A stretch of DNA of 64,000 nt from Robertkochia solimangrovi (GTDB lineage Bacteria; Bacteroidota; Bacteroidia; Flavobacteriales; Flavobacteriaceae): the NCBI RefSeq assembly GCF_007279655.1, contig NZ_QKWN01000006.1:138033-202032 (forward strand), in the 5' to 3' direction. Each line of letters opens with the position of its first letter. Within the stretch, counting starts at the first letter, position 1. The notes under the pieces are model-generated. The model ran no database searches. It was not told where the DNA came from and saw only the letters and a program-made list of their open reading frames with translations. Below are positions 39,681 through 49,405 of the stretch, piece after piece. The position numbers were made by a program, and so were the translations under genes.

Positions 39681-40061
39681 GATATTTTTTTTACAAATTA
39701 GTGAAATTTAATCAGGATATAATTAAATATTTCACGCAATAAGTTAATGAATTGAAACATTCTGTCAGTTTTAACATAATTTTATAAAGCACTGAAATCA
39801 GCATGCAATTATCAGGATATGAATATCGATTATGAGTTTAGAAAATAGAGTACGGAAAACGGAAAACTGCTTACAGCTTTACAAGGTGACAGGTGACAGC
39901 GTTATCCGTGACGGAAAAAAGACAGCTTACTGCGTTACTCCTTCACTGCTTCACAAGGTAACAGGTAACTTTGTAACTAAAACAAAAAGAGAACAGATTT
40001 TAAAATTTTGTTTTGAAAATTGAAGAATTTAAATTTACTTTGTTTTTCAAAGTACTTTTAT

Positions 40062-40670
40062 ATGAGCAATAAGGACTACTTAAAGGACATACATCTCATC
40101 AAGGATATGATGAACCGATCTTCCCGCTTTATCTCACTAAGCGGTTTGTCCGGCATCTTTGCAGGAATATATGCCATCGCCGGAGCGATCTTCGCCTATT
40201 TTTACATCTTCCCTTCCGATGAGCAACCGTTACTGATAAACAGTGCTCCCTATAACGGGATACTGATTCTCCTCGCTTCCATCGCCATATTGAGTATCGT
40301 TACCGCATTTTTACTTACCACACGTAAAGCAAGAATGAACAATGAAAAGATCTGGGATATCACTACCTACCGCCTGTTGATCAATTTTATGATACCACTG
40401 GTCACCGGAGGAATCTATATTTTAATTAAATTGAACAGTCAGCACTATGGTTTAACAGCCTCATTGATGTTGATCTTCTACGGACTAGCCCTGGTCAATG
40501 CTTCCAAATATACGCTTGGAAATATTCGGTATCTCGGATTAGCTGAAATTCTGGCCGGATTGATATGTGCAGCCATGCCTGGCTATGGTTTTTGGTTCTG
40601 GGTCATCGGATTCGGTCTGTTTCATATCATCTATGGAAGCATTATGTATATTCAGGAAAAAAGAAGTTAA
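40062..40670 (+). CDS. polytopic membrane protein (first gene of a membrane protein–HTH_34–CreD cluster)
   Basis: Start taken at MSNKDYLKD... A 5-6 TM profile. Confidence 0.55.
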   Translation: MSNKDYLKDIHLIKDMMNRSSRFISLSGLSGIFAGIYAIAGAIFAYFYIFPSDEQPLLINSAPYNGILILLASIAILSIVTAFLLTTRKARMNNEKIWDITTYRLLINFMIPLVTGGIYILIKLNSQHYGLTASLMLIFYGLALVNASKYTLGNIRYLGLAEILAGLICAAMPGYGFWFWVIGFGLFHIIYGSIMYIQEKRS

Positions 40671-40672
40671 CC

Positions 40673-40960
40673 TTGGGGATAATAGATAACATCAACAAAC
40701 TTTTCGACCACCGGGTTCGCCTTGGGATCATGTCGGTACTCGTGGTCAATGATGAAGCAGACTTTAACCGGCTTAAAGAATTGCTGGACGTCACAGACGG
40801 CAACCTGGCAAGCCACCTTAAAGCCCTGGAGAAAGCAGAATACATCAGTGTAAGAAAAGCATTTGTGGGTCGTAAACCTCAAACCACATACAGGGCAACG
40901 AAATCAGGCAAAGAAGCCTTTAAAAAGCATATTGAAGCCATCGAACGATTGATAAAATAA
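40673..40960 (+). CDS. winged-helix (HTH_34-type) transcriptional regulator
   Basis: Start taken at the in-frame TTG at 40673 (MGIIDNINKLFDHRVRLGIMSVL...TDGNLASHLKALEKAEYISV...GRKPQTTYRATKSG). The long ATG-initiated form would overlap the upstream gene by ~100 bp. Confidence 0.6.
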   Translation: MGIIDNINKLFDHRVRLGIMSVLVVNDEADFNRLKELLDVTDGNLASHLKALEKAEYISVRKAFVGRKPQTTYRATKSGKEAFKKHIEAIERLIK

Positions 40961-41012
40961 TTTTTTTTAACCACTAACTTTGAATTTCAAAGTACTTTAA
41001 AACTATACAAAC

Positions 41013-42356
41013 ATGGAACTCAACAAAAGTAAATTTCAAATTTGGCTACGCGAATCTATTACCTTAAAGATGCTGGTCGTAGGGTTTTTATTCCTGGTAC
41101 TCCTCATACCACTGGTATTTGCACAAGACCTGATCACGGAACGAAAGGCCAGACAACAGGAAGTGATCAATGAGATCAACGGTAAATGGGGTAATCCGGT
41201 AACCCTAACCGGTCCCATTTTCAAAGTACCCTATAAAACCCAAAAAGAAACACGCATTTTCAACAAAGAGACCGACTCCTATGAAATAAAGCACGAAGAG
41301 GTTACCCATTACGCCTATTTCCTACCGGAAACGGTAAAGTTCGATTCAGAGATCGAATCAAAACCCCTGAACAGGAGCATTTATAAATCAGTCGTATTCA
41401 CTTCCGATACGGAGATCACAGGAGACTTCCCGGAACTGCGCCTCAATCATGAAAACATCATTCCCGAAGACATCCTTTGGGAAAAGGCCACATTGATCAT
41501 GCAAACTTCGAATCTTAAGGGAATTCGAAATAATGTTTCCATAACGCTGAACGGACAAACTTATGAAATGAATCCCATTTACGATAAAAGCGCCATGAAC
41601 ACCCTTGAAAGTGAACCCGTAAAGGATCTTGCAGCCCGAATTCAGGATCCGGGTCACTTTCAAATGCATCTGGAAATCAACGGAAGTGAACGCATGCGTT
41701 ATATTCCTGTAGGGAGAACAACACTGGCAAGCATGAGTTCTGATTGGAAATCACCTAAGTTCGATGGTATGTTCCTTCCGGAGGACGGTTCAAGGGAAAT
41801 CACTTCAGAAGGATTCAAAGCCGATTGGAAAGTGCTTCAGATCAACCGTCAGTTCGAACAAATATTCTATAATGAATTACCGGACCTCCGCAAATTCGCA
41901 TTTGGAAGTGATCTGATCATCCCGGTAAACGAGTATGTTAAAAGTGAACGTGCCTCCAAATACGGGGCGATGGTGATCGGACTCACACTACTGGTATTTT
42001 TATTGATACAACTGGTCAGCAGGATCTACATCCACCCCTTCCAATACGTAATGATCGGACTCGCATTAGTGATGTTCTATACATTACTGATCTCCATTTC
42101 AGAACACAGTTCTTTCATGACCGCTTATCTCGTCGCTTCGGTTTCGGTAATCGGGCTTATCACCTTATACTCTCGAACGATTTTGAAAGGCTTTAAATTT
42201 TCCTTACTGATCGCCGCAGCACTGACCAGCTTATACGGATTCCTGTATATTATCCTGCAACTGGAAGATTACGCATTGCTGGTAGGCAGTATCGGTCTAT
42301 TCGTTATTCTGGCCATAGTGATGTTCGCAACTAAAAGGATCGATTGGAACCGATGA
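41013..42356 (+). CDS. creD: CreD-family cell-envelope integrity inner-membrane protein
   Basis: 447 aa. N-terminal TM, a large periplasmic domain and a C-terminal cluster of TM helices. The N-terminus (…LITERKARQQEVINEINGKWG…) matches the CreD pattern. Confidence 0.75.
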   Translation: MELNKSKFQIWLRESITLKMLVVGFLFLVLLIPLVFAQDLITERKARQQEVINEINGKWGNPVTLTGPIFKVPYKTQKETRIFNKETDSYEIKHEEVTHYAYFLPETVKFDSEIESKPLNRSIYKSVVFTSDTEITGDFPELRLNHENIIPEDILWEKATLIMQTSNLKGIRNNVSITLNGQTYEMNPIYDKSAMNTLESEPVKDLAARIQDPGHFQMHLEINGSERMRYIPVGRTTLASMSSDWKSPKFDGMFLPEDGSREITSEGFKADWKVLQINRQFEQIFYNELPDLRKFAFGSDLIIPVNEYVKSERASKYGAMVIGLTLLVFLLIQLVSRIYIHPFQYVMIGLALVMFYTLLISISEHSSFMTAYLVASVSVIGLITLYSRTILKGFKFSLLIAAALTSLYGFLYIILQLEDYALLVGSIGLFVILAIVMFATKRIDWNR

Positions 42357-42484
42357 TATGTACCGGAAACCGATTGACCATTCAATCGGTTTCCTCTTTA
42401 TTTATCACGGTAGCTACATAAATTCATACGGATATAACACAAACACGGTTTCTGCTGAACAACCATAAAACCATCAAAAATACC

Positions 42485-42877
42485 ATGCGATTCAATGCAC
42501 ATCATTTTCTGAAATTTTCCCTGTTACTACTTACCGAGGTTTTGATAGCGATCTATATTCACCATGGCTTCATAAGAGGATTTGCAGGTGATGTACTGGT
42601 GATCCTGATGCTGTATTATGGCATCAAATGTATATTGCCCAGACCTTCATCTGAACAAATTCTTAAATTTGTGCTCTTGTTTGCCTGTATCGTGGAACTC
42701 CTACAATTATTCGAAATAACACGCTACCTGCATATGGAAAACCGTCTGCTGCGTACCCTGTTGGGCACTACCTTTGATCCGTTAGATATAATTGCCTATG
42801 TCACAGGCTACTTGTTGACATTGTTCTTTATTAAATATTCATCACTGGCTGAACCGAAGGATATCTATCTTGAATAA
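42485..42877 (+). CDS. small polytopic membrane protein (DUF2809-like)
   Basis: 130 aa with four hydrophobic segments and a GFIRGFAGDVLVILMLYYG motif. Confidence 0.45.
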   Translation: MRFNAHHFLKFSLLLLTEVLIAIYIHHGFIRGFAGDVLVILMLYYGIKCILPRPSSEQILKFVLLFACIVELLQLFEITRYLHMENRLLRTLLGTTFDPLDIIAYVTGYLLTLFFIKYSSLAEPKDIYLE

Positions 42878-43127
42878 TGAAGCCATCAGCATCGTCTAAA
42901 CAAAATTCCGTACGTAACAATTTAAAATTCATTTGTGTAAATATTTATTTAGCTTATTAACAACAGACCGACATTATTATTCGTATTTTTAAATAAACCA
43001 GTGAAATCCCGCTGTCGGGAAAGAAGTTAGCCTGCTAAAGCCCGGATCTGTTGACCACTTGTTAACAAAATTCATTTTCAAAACTCACAAATAATCGTAT
43101 TTTTACCTGATAAATCTATTTATTCTC

Positions 43128-43901
43128 ATGGGTAAAATAATTGCTGTAGCAAACCAAAAAGGTGGTGTAGGTAAAACAACCACTTCGGTAAACCTGGCTG
43201 CCGCCTTGGGAGTTCTGGAAAAAAAAGTGTTGCTTATCGATGCCGACCCTCAGGCAAATGCAACCTCAGGACTTGGGATTGATGTGGAAAGTGTTGAAAG
43301 TGGTACCTATCAGTTACTGGAACACTCCCTACCGGCTTCAGAAACCATAATCCGGACCGACTCCCCAAATGTCGATCTGATCCCAGCACATATTGACCTT
43401 GTCGCCATCGAAATAGAATTGGTCGACAAAGATCAACGTGAATATATGCTGAAGACTGCCATGGCACCGATCAAAGACCAGTATGATTACATCCTGATCG
43501 ATTGTGCTCCCTCATTAGGATTACTGACACTTAATGCGCTGACAGCATCCGACTCCGTGATCATTCCGATCCAATGTGAATATTTTGCTTTGGAAGGTTT
43601 AGGAAAGCTGCTTAATACAATCAAAAGTGTTCAGAAAATCCATAATTCAGGACTCGATATTGAAGGATTGCTTTTAACGATGTACGATTCCCGCTTAAGA
43701 CTTTCCAATCAGGTAGTTGAAGAAGTTCAAAAACATTTCAGCGACATGGTGTTCGACACGATCATTCAACGAAATGTACGTTTGAGTGAAGCACCTAGTT
43801 ACGGAGAAACTATAATTAATTACGATGCGACAAGTAAAGGTGCTACAAATTACCTAAATTTGGCGCACGAAATCATCAAAAAGAATAAGCAAGCGGTCTA
43901 A
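43128..43901 (+). CDS. parA: ParA/Soj chromosome-partitioning ATPase
   Basis: 257 aa. Deviant Walker A (KGGVGKTTT) and the ParA layout. Followed by parB. Confidence 0.9.
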   Translation: MGKIIAVANQKGGVGKTTTSVNLAAALGVLEKKVLLIDADPQANATSGLGIDVESVESGTYQLLEHSLPASETIIRTDSPNVDLIPAHIDLVAIEIELVDKDQREYMLKTAMAPIKDQYDYILIDCAPSLGLLTLNALTASDSVIIPIQCEYFALEGLGKLLNTIKSVQKIHNSGLDIEGLLLTMYDSRLRLSNQVVEEVQKHFSDMVFDTIIQRNVRLSEAPSYGETIINYDATSKGATNYLNLAHEIIKKNKQAV

Positions 43902-44809
43902 TGGCAAAAGCAACTAAAAAACAAGCTTTAGGAAGAGGATTATCAGCCCTGTTGAAAGATCCGGAGAACGATATTCAATCGGCTTCGGATAAAAATGCGG
44001 ACAAGGTGGTTGGGAATATCGTAGAGCTCGAATTGGATGCTATCGAAGTTAACCCGTTTCAGCCAAGAACCAATTTCAATGAAGAGGCCCTTCAGGAACT
44101 GGCTGTATCCATTCGCGAACTTGGGGTTATTCAACCCATCACAGTTCGTAAGATCGAATTCAACAAATACCAGCTGGTATCCGGAGAACGTCGTTTACGG
44201 GCATCGAAACTTGCAGGACTGGAAACTGTTCCGGCATATATTCGTATCGCGAACGACCAGGAATCTCTGGAAATGGCATTGGTGGAGAACATCCAGCGCC
44301 AGGACCTCGATCCTATTGAAGTTGCCTTATCGTACCAGCGTCTCATCGATGAGATTAATATTACCCAGGAAAAACTAAGTGATCGTGTAGGTAAAAAACG
44401 ATCGACCATTACCAACTACCTTCGTTTATTAAAGCTTGATCCAATCATTCAGACCGGAATGAGAGACGGTTTCGTCAGCATGGGTCACGGAAGAGCTTTG
44501 ATCAATATTGAAAACAAAAAAGACCAGATCGAAATTTACGAAAAGGTGATCTCGAATTCCCTTTCCGTCAGAGAAACGGAAAAACTCGTAAGAGATTATC
44601 AACTCAGAAAGGAAACAGGAGTAACAGGTAAATCAGAACCTGCTGCAGCCTCCTCCGTACCTGAATATGTAAGCGAGAGTATCGATGGTCTTACCGAGTA
44701 TTTATCCTCAAAGGTAGATGTAAAGGTGGCAAAGAATGGAAAAGGAAAACTCATCATTCCTTTTCATTCCAAGGAAGACTTTTTACGTCTTGCAAAACTT
44801 TTAAAATAG
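43901..44809 (+). CDS. parB: ParB/Spo0J partition protein
   Basis: 302 aa with ParB box GERRLRA and an HTH. Confidence 0.9.
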   Translation: MAKATKKQALGRGLSALLKDPENDIQSASDKNADKVVGNIVELELDAIEVNPFQPRTNFNEEALQELAVSIRELGVIQPITVRKIEFNKYQLVSGERRLRASKLAGLETVPAYIRIANDQESLEMALVENIQRQDLDPIEVALSYQRLIDEINITQEKLSDRVGKKRSTITNYLRLLKLDPIIQTGMRDGFVSMGHGRALINIENKKDQIEIYEKVISNSLSVRETEKLVRDYQLRKETGVTGKSEPAAASSVPEYVSESIDGLTEYLSSKVDVKVAKNGKGKLIIPFHSKEDFLRLAKLLK

Positions 44810-45525
44810 TGTTTGGAAAACGTATTGCTATAATTTTCTTCCTTTTCTTTCATCTTATCATCAATGCTCAGGAAAAGGAAAAGGATACTACAACGACCCG
44901 CAGGGAACCCCTGAAAACGGACAACAAACCTGTTCTTACTTCTCAGGATAGTACTTCTGCTGATTCGGTTGCCGTACTGAGTAAACGCGAACTTCGAAAG
45001 ATCCGAAAACAACAGGAAAAAGACAGTATCGCAAGATCGAAACCGATCAATCCACTATCTCCGGCTAAAGCAGCCTTTTATTCAGCGATCCTGCCGGGAC
45101 TCGGACAGATCTATAATAAAAGCTACTGGAAAGTCCCTCTGGTATACGGAGCCATCGGAACTGGAATGTATTTCTATATCAGCAATACTAATGAATACAA
45201 TCGCTATCGTGACGCCTATAAAAGCAGGCTTGCCGGTTTTGAAAACGATGAATTCTACGATATCAATAACAGCGGAATCGTATCAGGAAGTCCTGATGTA
45301 AGCGATGCCGCCTTAAGAGATGCTCAGGAGTATTATCAGCGAAACAGAGACCTTTCTCTCCTGATCACTATCGGACTATATGCATTGAACATTATCGATG
45401 CCAATGTCGATGCGCATTTAAAACAATACAACATCAGTGATGAATTGACCTTTAAACCTTATATTCAGCAAAATCAGAATACAGCAGTCACGAGTTACGG
45501 ACTATCACTGAACTTTAATTTTTAA
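44809..45525 (+). CDS. DUF5683-family protein (conserved parB neighbour in Bacteroidetes)
   Basis: 238 aa. Signal peptide and an AAFYSAILPGLGQIYNKSYWKVPLVYG motif. Confidence 0.6.
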   Translation: MFGKRIAIIFFLFFHLIINAQEKEKDTTTTRREPLKTDNKPVLTSQDSTSADSVAVLSKRELRKIRKQQEKDSIARSKPINPLSPAKAAFYSAILPGLGQIYNKSYWKVPLVYGAIGTGMYFYISNTNEYNRYRDAYKSRLAGFENDEFYDINNSGIVSGSPDVSDAALRDAQEYYQRNRDLSLLITIGLYALNIIDANVDAHLKQYNISDELTFKPYIQQNQNTAVTSYGLSLNFNF

Positions 45526-45546
45526 GACAACACAAGTTACATTCAC

Positions 45547-46248
45547 ATGAAAATAGCGCTTTTAGGATACGGAAAAATGGGGAAAATGATCGAAAGGATC
45601 GCAACGGAAAGAGGTCATGAAATCGTCACTAAGATCGATGTGAATAACAGTGATTTTGATATCTCAAACGCTGATGTAGCTATCGACTTCAGCATTCCGG
45701 ATGCCGCTTTTCAGAACATCAGCAATTGTATTACGAACGGCGTGCCGGTGATCTCCGGAACTACAGGATGGCTCGACCGATATGATGAGGCAGCAGCTCT
45801 TTGTAAAGAAAAAGGAGGAGCCTTTATCTATGCTTCGAATTATAGCCTGGGGGTAAATATCTTCTTTCAGCTCAATGAATATCTTGCCGGGATGATGTCG
45901 AAGTTAAAGGAATATAACGTAAGTATGGAAGAGATTCACCATACCCAAAAACTCGATGCACCCAGCGGTACCGCGATCACGCTTGCTGAAGGTATTATTA
46001 ATAATACCGATAAAACAGGCTGGAAGCTGGACACGGCATCAGAAAATGAGATTCCGATCATAGCCAAACGTATTGAGAACGTACCGGGTACACACAGTAT
46101 AACCTATGAAAGTTCTGTCGACAAGATCGAGATCACCCATACTGCTCACAATCGTGAAGGGTTCGCTCTTGGAGCCGTTATAGCAGCAGAATGGATCCAG
46201 GGTAAAACAGGAGTTTTCAGCATGAAAGATGTGTTAAACTTGGGTTAA
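45547..46248 (+). CDS. dapB: 4-hydroxy-tetrahydrodipicolinate reductase
   Basis: 233 aa. N-terminal Rossmann motif (MKIALLGYGKMGKMI) and the DapB layout. Confidence 0.85.
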   Translation: MKIALLGYGKMGKMIERIATERGHEIVTKIDVNNSDFDISNADVAIDFSIPDAAFQNISNCITNGVPVISGTTGWLDRYDEAAALCKEKGGAFIYASNYSLGVNIFFQLNEYLAGMMSKLKEYNVSMEEIHHTQKLDAPSGTAITLAEGIINNTDKTGWKLDTASENEIPIIAKRIENVPGTHSITYESSVDKIEITHTAHNREGFALGAVIAAEWIQGKTGVFSMKDVLNLG

Positions 46249-46366
46249 AAACTCTTTTGCCAGCGGTATTTACAGTTCCTGTGGTGAATTTCCTGTAAAA
46301 AAATTTATTTTTACCCTTATTTTAGAGCGCTGATCACAAGGGTGGCCAGCATATAAATTCTTACTT

Positions 46367-48067
46367 ATGACATTTACACAGTGGTTTATCTTTTTCCTGG
46401 TACTTCAGGTAATTCATTTCCTGGGCACCTGGAAATTATATGTTAAAGCCGGTAGAAAAGCGTGGGAAGCTCTTATTCCCGTATACAATGCAGTCATTTT
46501 AATGAAGATCATCAACCGCCCGTGGTGGTGGGTTATCCTGCTCTTCCTTCCTATTATAAACCTGATTATGTTCCCGGTAGTCTGGGTGGAAACCATCCGG
46601 AGTTTCGGCAGGAACAGCACCCTTGATACATGGCTGGTAATCCTCACACTTGGATTCTACATCTATTATGTAAACTACGCACTGGATGTCAAATATATCG
46701 AAGAAAGAGATCTGAAACCACGTACCGCTACGGGAGAATGGATCAGCTCCATACTTTTTGCGGTGGTTGCTGCTACTTTGGTGCATACATACTTTATGCA
46801 GCCATACGTGATACCCACTTCCTCCCTGGAGCAAACCCTTCTGGTTGGGGATTTTCTTTTTGTGAGTAAATTTCATTACGGAGCCAGGGTGCCTATGACC
46901 ACCGTGGCGTTCCCTATGGTTCACGATACAATTCCCGTTCTTAAATCAAGATCCTATATCAAGAAACCGCAATTACCCTATATGCGTATACCCGGTTTCC
47001 AGAAGATCAAGCGAAACGATATTGTGGTCTTTAGCTGGCCTGCAGATACGGTGGAGAGGTTCTTCCAGTATACCGATAAACGTATTCGAAAACCCATAGA
47101 TAAGAAATCCAATTACGTTAAACGATGTGTAGGTATTGCAGGAGACAGCATCGAGATTCGTGATGGTTACGTTTATATCAATGGCGAACGATTGGTACTT
47201 TCAGATCGCGCAAAGACACAATACACGTACCTGGTTAAAGGCTCGAAAGGTGTTTCTTCGACCGCCTTGCTGGATGCCGGAGCCAGAGAGATCACCAGAA
47301 CCTATGTTGCTAGCGGTATGAATCAGAATCAGCTGGATGCAGTTCTTCCTTACCTGAGTCGCAATCCGGAAAGAGTGCAGAACGGGATCGCCTTGATCAC
47401 CGGAAAGAACGGAATACCGATGAATTTGGTCAACAAACTTCGTTTGAACATTTCTGAAATTACCAATGTAGAACGCGAAGCAACTCTGACCGAGGAAGGT
47501 GCCGAAAAACTAAGAGCAAATTCTTCCATCGACAGCGTCATCCGTTACATCATGCCGGAATCGATCACCAGTACCTCCTTCTTCCCAAATGATAATGCTT
47601 ACCAATGGAATCTTGATCATATGGGACCTTTCTATATCCCTGAAAAAGGAAAAACGATAACACTCAACCTGAACAATCTTCCGCTGTACAAGAAAATCAT
47701 CGTTGAATACGAACACAATGCATTACGCGTGAATGGAAACCAGATCTACATCAATGATCAACCCGTGACCGAATACACGTTCCAACAAGATTATTACTGG
47801 ATGATGGGAGATAACCGTCACAGATCTGAAGACAGCAGATATTGGGGCTTTGTTCCCTTTGATCACGTTGTGGGTAAACCGGTATTCATCTGGATGAGTA
47901 TCGAAAATATCCACGATGGTATCTCAAACTTTAAGATTCGCTGGGACCGCGTATTCACGACGGTAGGAGGTGAAGGTAAACCTCGTTCCTATTTCATCTA
48001 TTTTGTAATAGCCGTTGTTGCCTGGATCATTTTCAGCCAGTTCAGAAAACGTAAAAAAGCGAAATAA
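46367..48067 (+). CDS. lepB: signal peptidase I (long Bacteroidetes form)
   Basis: 566 aa with the S26 catalytic boxes (...GDNRHRSEDSRYWGFVPFDHVVGK). Confidence 0.85.
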   Translation: MTFTQWFIFFLVLQVIHFLGTWKLYVKAGRKAWEALIPVYNAVILMKIINRPWWWVILLFLPIINLIMFPVVWVETIRSFGRNSTLDTWLVILTLGFYIYYVNYALDVKYIEERDLKPRTATGEWISSILFAVVAATLVHTYFMQPYVIPTSSLEQTLLVGDFLFVSKFHYGARVPMTTVAFPMVHDTIPVLKSRSYIKKPQLPYMRIPGFQKIKRNDIVVFSWPADTVERFFQYTDKRIRKPIDKKSNYVKRCVGIAGDSIEIRDGYVYINGERLVLSDRAKTQYTYLVKGSKGVSSTALLDAGAREITRTYVASGMNQNQLDAVLPYLSRNPERVQNGIALITGKNGIPMNLVNKLRLNISEITNVEREATLTEEGAEKLRANSSIDSVIRYIMPESITSTSFFPNDNAYQWNLDHMGPFYIPEKGKTITLNLNNLPLYKKIIVEYEHNALRVNGNQIYINDQPVTEYTFQQDYYWMMGDNRHRSEDSRYWGFVPFDHVVGKPVFIWMSIENIHDGISNFKIRWDRVFTTVGGEGKPRSYFIYFVIAVVAWIIFSQFRKRKKAK

Positions 48068-48084
48068 TCTTTAAATAATCCGGT

Positions 48085-48699
48085 ATGTACAAGTTACTGC
48101 ATCCGACCTATTTCCCTCCGATCACTCATTTTGTTGCTTTCGCTCAGGGGGAAATTTTACTGGAAGCTTGTGATAACTATCAGAAACAGACCTATCGCAA
48201 CCGAGCCTATATTTACGGAGCGAACGGAAAGCAGATTCTTTCCGTTCCGATCAAACATACCGGAAATGGAGGGCAACGCTTATACCGCGAGGTTATCCTG
48301 GAAGATAATTTCAATTGGAAAAAGCAGCACTGGAAAACCATTCAAACCGCGTATCGCACTTCCCCATTCTTTGAATATTACGAAGACGACCTCGCTCCCT
48401 TTTTCGAAAAAAAACACGATTCCATCTTTCAAATGAATCTGGAAAGTATTGAATTAATCGCAGAGTGCCTGCAAATGGAAATTTCATTTGACTTCACAGA
48501 ACGCTATCAGATCGATTATACCAATCTTAATGACCTGCGCCACCTCGTAGATGCTAAAACGCCACCAAACTTCGGTTTTGACCCTTATATTCAGGTATTC
48601 GAGACTAAACACGGCTATATGGAGAACCTGAGTATCCTTGACCTTCTTTTCAATGAAGGTCCGAATGCACTGCATTACCTTCAATCACAAGAACTCTGA
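48085..48699 (+). CDS. WbqC-family protein
   Basis: 204 aa with a WbqC-like N-terminus (YFPPITHFVAF...YQKQTYRNR). Confidence 0.7.
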   Translation: MYKLLHPTYFPPITHFVAFAQGEILLEACDNYQKQTYRNRAYIYGANGKQILSVPIKHTGNGGQRLYREVILEDNFNWKKQHWKTIQTAYRTSPFFEYYEDDLAPFFEKKHDSIFQMNLESIELIAECLQMEISFDFTERYQIDYTNLNDLRHLVDAKTPPNFGFDPYIQVFETKHGYMENLSILDLLFNEGPNALHYLQSQEL

Positions 48700-48702
48700 T
48701 CC

Positions 48703-49017
48703 ATGCGCCCAATAGTTCATTACGGTATCCATTTCCTGGTACCCGTACTGGTTGCGTGGTTATTTTACAGGGAATCCTTCAGGCGATCCGCGATTATCCT
48801 GCTGGCAGGCATCATCATCGACATCGACCATTTGCTGGCACACCCCATTTTCGATCCTGATCGCTGCAGCATCGGCTTTCATATACTACACACCTACCCG
48901 TTCATAGTCTTCTACCTGATACTAGCCCTATTTCGCAAAACACGACTCTACGGACTCGCCCTGATGATTCATATTATTGCCGATACTGTCGATTGCTGGC
49001 TGAACAACGGATTTTAG
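48703..49017 (+). CDS. small membrane protein (DUF6122-like)
   Basis: 104 aa with three TM helices. Conserved follower of the WbqC gene. Confidence 0.5.
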   Translation: MRPIVHYGIHFLVPVLVAWLFYRESFRRSAIILLAGIIIDIDHLLAHPIFDPDRCSIGFHILHTYPFIVFYLILALFRKTRLYGLALMIHIIADTVDCWLNNGF

Positions 49018-49405
49018 TGGTACGTGGTGAATCCAGCATGAAAAATTGAGACGCTTATCATTATCCCTCTGTGAGACCACTACGCACCCTACACTTTTTC
49101 ATGATGATACCGTCGCATAGAACCAGCTCACTACTCACCCAGTGACGATCTGCTTTTCCGCGCATGCGTCGAGTGTCGCCGCGATCATAGTGCTGACACA
49201 CGATGATACTCGAGTGTCGTTTTCTGTAACGTAAATTTATTACTATTTAGTTCTCTTAACATTATGAAGCATATCAAGGAGTTTGCTTAGCCTTTTGCTA
49301 AGGGCAGAATTTGTATGTTTTCAAAGACAATAGAACTTACGGTACACAAAGAGGCTCAAACGAATAGCCGAAGGCTGAAGGCAGGATCGCACTATCCAAA
49401 CCAAT

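Noticed and set aside
40565-40672. Long ATG-initiated form of the HTH_34 regulator ORF
   Set aside because: It would overlap the upstream membrane-protein gene by about 100 bp in another frame. An in-frame TTG at 40673 immediately after that gene's stop gives a domain-complete protein.
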